Assembly: GCA_016788295.1 (NCBI GenBank) | Contig: JAEUSY010000025.1 | Span: 7,832 to 71,831, forward strand | Source of the DNA: Flavobacteriales bacterium | GTDB lineage: Bacteria > Bacteroidota > Bacteroidia > Flavobacteriales_F > PHOS-HE28 | DNA: 64,000 nucleotides | Direction: 5' to 3' | Position numbers and translations under genes: made by a program | Part shown: one piece after another, positions 58,681 to 64,000 of the stretch | Layout of the letters: each line of letters starts with the position of its first letter | How positions within the stretch are numbered: the stretch's first letter is position 1 | Notes under the pieces: generated by a model | Told to the model about the DNA's origin: nothing | What the model saw: only the letters and a program-made list of their open reading frames with translations | Databases searched by the model: none

Positions 58681-59394
58681 TCAGAACTCCACCAACGTGC
58701 CCACAGGCTGCCCGGCGATCAGGCGGCCCAGGTTGCCGGGCTTGTTCATGTCGAAGACGATGATGGGCAGCTTGTTCTCGTTGCAGAGCGTGAAGGCGGT
58801 GAGGTCCATCACGTTGAGGCCTTTCTCGTACACCTCGTTGAAAGAGATGCGATCGTACTTGGTGGCGGTGCTGTCCTTCTCGGGATCGGCGGTGTAGATG
58901 CCGTCCACGCGGGTGCCCTTCAGGATCACATCGGCCTCGATCTCGATGGCGCGCAGGCTGGCGGCGGTATCGGTGGTGAAGTACGGGTTACCGGTGCCGG
59001 CGCCGAAGATCACGATGCGGCCTTTCTCCAAGTGGCGCACGGCGCGGCGGCGGATGAAGGGCTCGGCGATGGTGTCCATCTTGATGGCGCTGAGGAGGCG
59101 GGTCTTGTGGCCCTTGGCCTCCAGCGCGCTCTGCAGCGCCAGGCTGTTGATCATGGTGGCCAGCATGCCCATGTGGTCGCCTTGCACGCGGTCGATGCCG
59201 TTGCCCACGGCCTGCATGCCGCGGTAGATGTTGCCCCCACCGATCACCACGGCCACCTCCACGCCCTGCGCGGCAATGGCAATGATCTCGTCGGCGTACT
59301 GGTCCAGCCGTTTGCTGTCGATGCCGTACGACTGTTCGCCCATGAGGCTTTCGCCGGAGAGCTTGAGGAGGATGCGTTTGTACTTGAGGGCCAT
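58681..59394 (-). CDS. pyrH: Uridylate kinase
   Basis: [30 protein letters not shown]. Confidence 0.97.
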   Translation of the reverse strand: MALKYKRILLKLSGESLMGEQSYGIDSKRLDQYADEIIAIAAQGVEVAVVIGGGNIYRGMQAVGNGIDRVQGDHMGMLATMINSLALQSALEAKGHKTRLLSAIKMDTIAEPFIRRRAVRHLEKGRIVIFGAGTGNPYFTTDTAASLRAIEIEADVILKGTRVDGIYTADPEKDSTATKYDRISFNEVYEKGLNVMDLTAFTLCNENKLPIIVFDMNKPGNLGRLIAGQPVGTLVEF

Positions 59395-59418
59395 GTGAGG
59401 TGTATGCGGGGTCAAAGT

Positions 59419-59447
59419 AAAAAAAGAGGGAGGCCGAAGCCTCCCTC
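59419..59447 (-). terminator. Intrinsic terminator after tsf
   Basis: Minus strand GAGGGAGGC-TTCG-GCCTCCCTC-TTTTTTT. Confidence 0.9.
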
Positions 59448-59469
59448 CCTTATGAGCGAAGTATGCGCA

Positions 59470-60309
59470 TCAGATCGTGAGCGAGTGACGCTTGAAGCCG
59501 GTGACGGTGAGGTCCTTGTCGGCGGTCTTCACGTACTGCTCCACGCTGAGCTTGTTGTCCTTGATGAACTCCTGAGCGAGCAGGGTGCTCTCCTTGAAGA
59601 ACTTGTTCAGACGGCCCTGGGCGATCTTCTCGGCCATATCGGCGGGTTTGCCCTCCTGGATGGCGAGCTCTTTGCCGATCTCCAGTTCCTTGTCGATCAC
59701 GCTCTGCGGAGTGCTGCTCTTGTCCAGTGCGATGGGGCCCATGGCGGCCACTTGCATGGCCACGTCCTTGGCAACACCTTCGAAACCGGGCTTGCTGAGG
59801 CCCACGAGGCTGGCCACCTTGTTGCCAGGGTGGTTGTAGGCGAACACGTAAGCGGCGTTCAGGGCGTGGCAGGCGCTCACGTCGATCTTCTCGCCGATCA
59901 CACCGGTCTGCTCGATGAGCTTCTCGGCGATGGTGAGGCCGTTGCTGTCGTAGGCGGCGGCCTTTAGGGCCTCGATGGTGTCCAGGCCTTTCTCCAGGGC
60001 GATGGCGGCGATGCGCTCGGCCATGGCGGTGAAGTCGGCGTTCTTGGCCACGAAGTCGGTCTCGCAGTTGGTGCAGACCAGCACGCCGCGGGTACCGTCG
60101 GCAGAGGTCTGTGCGATCACGAGGCCCTCGGTGGCATCGCGGTCGGCGCGCTTGGCGGCCACTTTCTGGCCCTGCTTGCGCAGTACGTCGATGGCGGCAT
60201 CGAAGTCGCCATTGGCCTCGGTGAGGGCCTTCTTGCAATCCATCATGCCCGCGCCGGTGATCTGGCGGAGCTTGTTCACATCAGCGGCGGTAATGGCCAT
60301 GGTGCTCAT
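59470..60309 (-). CDS. tsf: Elongation factor Ts
   Basis: LRQITGAGMMDCKKAL, CETDFVA; alternative start 60300. Confidence 0.97.
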   Translation of the reverse strand: MSTMAITAADVNKLRQITGAGMMDCKKALTEANGDFDAAIDVLRKQGQKVAAKRADRDATEGLVIAQTSADGTRGVLVCTNCETDFVAKNADFTAMAERIAAIALEKGLDTIEALKAAAYDSNGLTIAEKLIEQTGVIGEKIDVSACHALNAAYVFAYNHPGNKVASLVGLSKPGFEGVAKDVAMQVAAMGPIALDKSSTPQSVIDKELEIGKELAIQEGKPADMAEKIAQGRLNKFFKESTLLAQEFIKDNKLSVEQYVKTADKDLTVTGFKRHSLTI

Positions 60310-60333
60310 GTTGGTGTTTGGTCTTGGGCTATG

Positions 60334-60359
60334 GCCGTGGTGGCAATGGCCACCACGGC
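60334..60359. promoter_or_regulatory. rpsB-tsf intergenic hairpin
   Basis: Perfect 11-bp stem GCCGTGGTGGC-aatg-GCCACCACGGC with no U-tract. Confidence 0.6.
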
Positions 60360-60377
60360 GCTCACCCGATGTTCATT

Positions 60378-61163
60378 TCAGTTCTCGGCAGGAGCGGCCT
60401 CGTCAGCGGCCTCCACGCCCTCGCCAGCCTCTTCGGCGCCTTCCTCGGCGACCTCATCAACGGCGGTCTTGTCGTTCTTGCGCTCCTCCACGCCCTCGTT
60501 GATGGCCTGGATCATCACGTCCACGATCAGCTCGATGCTCTTGGTGGCATCGTCGTTGGCGGGGATCGCGTAATCCACCAGCGTGGGATCGCTGTTGGTA
60601 TCCACCATGGCGAAGGTGGGGATGTTGAGCTTGCGGGCCTCGGCAACGGCGATGTGCTCCTTCACGATGTCCACGATGAACAGCGCGCTGGGCAGACGGG
60701 TGAGGTCGGCAATGGAACCGAGGTTCTTCTCCATCTTCTCACGCTGACGGCTCACCTGGAGACGCTCGCGCTTGCTCATGTTGTCGAAGGTGCCATCGGT
60801 CTTCATGCGATCGATGGTGGCCATCTTCTTGATGGTGCGACGGATGGTACCGAAGTTGGTGAGCATACCACCGCTCCACCGCTCGGTAACGAACGGCATA
60901 CCAGTGGGCTTCACCTTCTCGGCCACGATGTCCTTCGCCTGCTTCTTGGTGGCCACGAAGAGGATCTTCTTGCCACCACGGGCGATGTTCTTCATGGCTG
61001 CGGCAGCCTCCTCGAGCTTCACCGCGGTCTTGTTGAGGTCGATGATGTGGATGCCCTTCTTCTCATCGAAGATGTAGGGCGCCATCGCCGGGTTCCACTT
61101 GCGCTTCAGGTGACCGAAGTGCACACCGGCGTCGAGCAACTGCTTGAATTCCAAACGAGCCAT
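60378..61163 (-). CDS. rpsB: 30S ribosomal protein S2
   Basis: AGVHFGH..KWNP, ERWSGGMLTN, PANDDA. Confidence 0.97.
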   Translation of the reverse strand: MARLEFKQLLDAGVHFGHLKRKWNPAMAPYIFDEKKGIHIIDLNKTAVKLEEAAAAMKNIARGGKKILFVATKKQAKDIVAEKVKPTGMPFVTERWSGGMLTNFGTIRRTIKKMATIDRMKTDGTFDNMSKRERLQVSRQREKMEKNLGSIADLTRLPSALFIVDIVKEHIAVAEARKLNIPTFAMVDTNSDPTLVDYAIPANDDATKSIELIVDVMIQAINEGVEERKNDKTAVDEVAEEGAEEAGEGVEAADEAAPAEN

Positions 61164-61280
61164 TTCCTATTGTTTAGTTCACTTTCCTTGTTCCCGTTGA
61201 TACAGGCATCCCGCTGGTAGCCTTCCGCCTTGTGAGCGAAAGAGTCCAGCGGGATTGGATCCTGAACAAGCGTAGGGACC
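61164..61280 (-). promoter_or_regulatory. Structured rpsB leader, candidate S2 autoregulatory RNA
   Basis: Nested inverted repeats ATCCCGCTGG/CCAGCGGGAT and CTTGTTC/GAACAAG. Confidence 0.55.
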
Positions 61281-61667
61281 TTAACGCTTGCTGAACTGGT
61301 AACGCTTGCGCGCCTTCTTGCGTCCGAACTTCTTCCGTTCCACCGCGCGGGGGTCACGGGTCATCAGTTCCTCGGCCTTGAGTTTCGGTTTGTGCTCGGC
61401 GTCGATCTTCACCAGCGCGCGGGCAATGCCCAAACGCACGGCGTCCACCTGGCCGGTGATGCCACCGCCATCGACCGTGGCGACCACATCGTATTTGCCC
61501 ACGGTATCAGTGAGCTTGAAGGGCTGCTGCAGTTTGAACTGCTGCATGGTGATGGGGAAGTACTCATTCCCATCACGACCGTTAACGGTAACGGTACCCT
61601 TGCCCTCGGTGAGGACCACCCGGGCTACAGCGGTCTTGCGGCGACCGAGGCTGTTGACGTTTGCCAT
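61281..61667 (-). CDS. rpsI: 30S ribosomal protein S9
   Basis: GRRKTAVARV, TRDPRAVERKK, QFSKR. Confidence 0.97.
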   Translation of the reverse strand: MANVNSLGRRKTAVARVVLTEGKGTVTVNGRDGNEYFPITMQQFKLQQPFKLTDTVGKYDVVATVDGGGITGQVDAVRLGIARALVKIDAEHKPKLKAEELMTRDPRAVERKKFGRKKARKRYQFSKR

Positions 61668-61668
61668 C

Positions 61669-62124
61669 TTACTTGATGCTGTTCAGGTCGAACTTACGCG
61701 GCTTCTGGGCTTCGTGCTTGTGCGTGGAGCCGGCCACCACATGCAGGTTGTTGAAGAGGCGACGGCCCAAGCGGTTCTTGGGGAGCATGCCGCGAACGGC
61801 GATCTCCACCATGGCCTCGGGCTTGCGGGCCTTCAGGTTGCGTGCCACTTCGCGGGTCTGGCCGCCGGGGTACATGCTGTAACGCTGGTACTCCTTGTCG
61901 TCCATCTTGGTGCCGGTGAGGCGGACCTTGTCGGCATTGATCACCACCACATGGTCACCGCAGTTCACGTGCGGGGTGAAGGTGGTCTTGTGCTTGCCGC
62001 GAACGAGCATCGCCACTCGGCTGGCGAGGCGGCCAAGTACTTCGTTCTCAGCATCAACGATCAGCCATTCGGGCTGAACGGAGGCCGCATTGGCCATGCT
62101 GGTGGTGTGTGTCGTCGAAGCCAC
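61669..62124 (-). CDS. rplM: 50S ribosomal protein L13
   Basis: LGRLAS, FTPHVNCGD, VRGMLPKNRLGR; probable GTG start gives 151 aa. Confidence 0.96.
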   Translation of the reverse strand: MASTTHTTSMANAASVQPEWLIVDAENEVLGRLASRVAMLVRGKHKTTFTPHVNCGDHVVVINADKVRLTGTKMDDKEYQRYSMYPGGQTREVARNLKARKPEAMVEIAVRGMLPKNRLGRRLFNNLHVVAGSTHKHEAQKPRKFDLNSIK

Positions 62125-62234
62125 TGTAGTGTGCTTTATAGAGGGTACTTTCCCGGAAACGGGCTGCGAAGATAGATCCTTTTCCTGGAAACCAACAATG
62201 GGGTGTGCATACCGTTGTTCCGGACCGGTCCCGA

Positions 62235-63428
62235 TCAAGCGATCACCCCCAGTTCGCGCCCCACCTTGGCAAAGGCGGCCAGGGCCTTGTCCACATGGGC
62301 TTCCGTGTGGGCGGCACTGAGCTGCACACGGATGCGGGCGGTGTCCTTGGGCACCACGGGGTAAAAGAAGCCGATGACGTAAATGCCCTCGGCCAGCAGC
62401 TTGTCGGCCATCACCTGGCTCAACTTGGCATCGCCCAGCATTACTGGCACAATGGCAGCGCCCGCTCCCCGGGTCTTGAAGCCCAGCGCCTCAATACCGC
62501 TGCGGAAACGGTCCACGTTGCGCTCCAGGCGGTCGCGCAGCTCGGTGCTGGCGCTGAGCAGGTCGATGACCTTGATGGAGGCGCCCACAATGGCCGGGGC
62601 CAGAGAATTGCTGAACAGGTAAGGACGGCTGCGCTGCCGCAGCATCTCAATGATTTCCTTTCGGCCGGTGGTGTATCCGCCCATGGCGCCGCCCAGCGCC
62701 TTGCCCAGCGTGCCGGTGATAATGTCCACACGGCCCATCACGCCGCAATGCTCCACGCTGCCGCGGCCGGTCCTGCCAATAAAGCCGGCCGCATGGCACT
62801 CGTCCACCATCACCAGCGCTTCATACTTGTCTGCCAGGTCACAGATGCCTTTCAGGTCGGCCACAATGCCATCCATACTGAACACCCCGTCGGTGACAAT
62901 GATGATGTGGCGGGCACCATCGGCACGGGCGGCCTTCAGTTGCACCTCCAGGTCGGCCATGTCGTTGTTGGCGTAGCGGTAGCGCTTGCTCTTGGTCAGG
63001 CGCACCCCATCAATAATGCTGGCGTGGTTGAGCGCATCGCTGATGATGGCATCGTCCTCGCCGAACAGGGGCTCGAACACACCGCCATTGGCATCGAAGC
63101 ACGCCGCATACAGTATGGTGTCCTCCGTTCCGTGGAAGGTGGCCAGTTTCGCCTCCAGCTCCTTATGAATGTCCTGCGTACCACAGATGAAGCGCACGCT
63201 GCTCATGCCGAAACCATGGGTATCCAATGTGGCATGCGCGGCCTTGACCACTTCGGGGTGTGAACTGAGGCCCAGGTAGTTATTGGCGCAGAAGTTCAGC
63301 ACCTGCTTGCCGTTCACCGTGATCTCGGCGCCCTGTTCACTGGTAATGATGCGTTCGCGCTTGAACAGCCCTGCCGCATCGATGCCCGAGAGTTCCTGCT
63401 GCAGATGTGCTTGGAGTTTGCCGTACAT
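62235..63428 (-). CDS. kbl: Glycine C-acetyltransferase (2-amino-3-ketobutyrate CoA ligase)
   Basis: [39 protein letters not shown]. Confidence 0.96.
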   Translation of the reverse strand: MYGKLQAHLQQELSGIDAAGLFKRERIITSEQGAEITVNGKQVLNFCANNYLGLSSHPEVVKAAHATLDTHGFGMSSVRFICGTQDIHKELEAKLATFHGTEDTILYAACFDANGGVFEPLFGEDDAIISDALNHASIIDGVRLTKSKRYRYANNDMADLEVQLKAARADGARHIIIVTDGVFSMDGIVADLKGICDLADKYEALVMVDECHAAGFIGRTGRGSVEHCGVMGRVDIITGTLGKALGGAMGGYTTGRKEIIEMLRQRSRPYLFSNSLAPAIVGASIKVIDLLSASTELRDRLERNVDRFRSGIEALGFKTRGAGAAIVPVMLGDAKLSQVMADKLLAEGIYVIGFFYPVVPKDTARIRVQLSAAHTEAHVDKALAAFAKVGRELGVIA

Positions 63429-63587
63429 GTGTTCTTGGTAAGGAGCGGCGAAGGTAGGTGGACGTCATGGCCTGTTCAGCGCACATGAGAATATGCACAG
63501 GCTCAAGGACATAGCGCCTTGTTGGATGAAATAAACCTTGACATACAGTGTTGATACGGATAGCTTCGCCGCTCATTCATCGAAGCC

Positions 63588-64000
63588 ATGAGGTCATTCA
63601 TCACCAAGAATCCTGTTCTGGTCTTCATTCTGCTCACGCTCGGCTATCAGTTCGTGGTAGTGGGCGTGGTGAAAGCCATGCTGCCTGCCGGTGGTCACAT
63701 GCACGATGATGCCACGGCGCACATGGTATTCCGCTTGAGGGCCTTTGGGCCGCTGGTGTTCGCCATGTTGCTCACTTGGTACCTGGAGAAAGGTGCTGGC
63801 CTGCGCCGTTTGTTCGGATCCTTCTTCCACTGGAAGGCCGGTGCACAGTGGTACCTGCTGGCCTTCTCCTGGAAGTTCCTGTTCACTTATGTGGGCATTA
63901 CGGCACTGGTGTTCCTCGGCTTTGCCGAGTGGCCCGGCTGGCTGGTGCGCAGCCTCCGGGAGGATGGTCTGGCCGGTTGGATGCCGTTGATCCAGAACCT
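63588..64000 (+). CDS. 5' part of a multi-TM protein, probably CPBP/Abi family (runs off the window; absent from the ORF track)
   Basis: MRSFITKNPVLVFILLTLG...AFGPLVFA...GLRRLFGSFFHWK...WYLLAF open to the end; catalytic motifs not in window. Confidence 0.6.
   Translation, partial: MRSFITKNPVLVFILLTLGYQFVVVGVVKAMLPAGGHMHDDATAHMVFRLRAFGPLVFAMLLTWYLEKGAGLRRLFGSFFHWKAGAQWYLLAFSWKFLFTYVGITALVFLGFAEWPGWLVRSLREDGLAGWMPLIQN

Overview
GC-rich (roughly 55-65% by eye) Bacteroidota chromosomal segment, most like an environmental Flavobacteriales. Housekeeping blocks: pdxJ; CBS-Omp85-nadK-porG-uppS-bamA-skp-skp-murI; sucA-sucB; rplM-rpsI-rpsB-tsf-pyrH-frr; kbl. Accessory envelope content: (1) a ~3,260-aa type IX secretion (T9SS) type-B-CTD surface protein with 31 two-Cys Ig-like repeats, co-transcribed with its own PorP/SprF and PorE-like partners, plus a short paralog elsewhere in the window with the same N-terminal head and a type-A CTD; both are essentially lysine-free; (2) a Cys/Pro-rich upstream ORF, a CC-motif TonB receptor and a periplasmic HMA protein, which may be a metal-sensing ribosome-arrest system; (3) a barrel-less TonB plug protein, an ECF sigma factor and a TPR anti-sigma; (4) an OB-fold T9SS protein beside an EEP nuclease. 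Non-coding signals include inverted heptamer arrays between sucA and sucB, a structured rpsB leader, many promoter -7 boxes only 4-8 nt from start codons, and one gene with two in-frame stops. I saw no rRNA, tRNA, CRISPR array, transposase, integrase or reverse transcriptase. Family assignments come from motif recognition by eye, not database searches.
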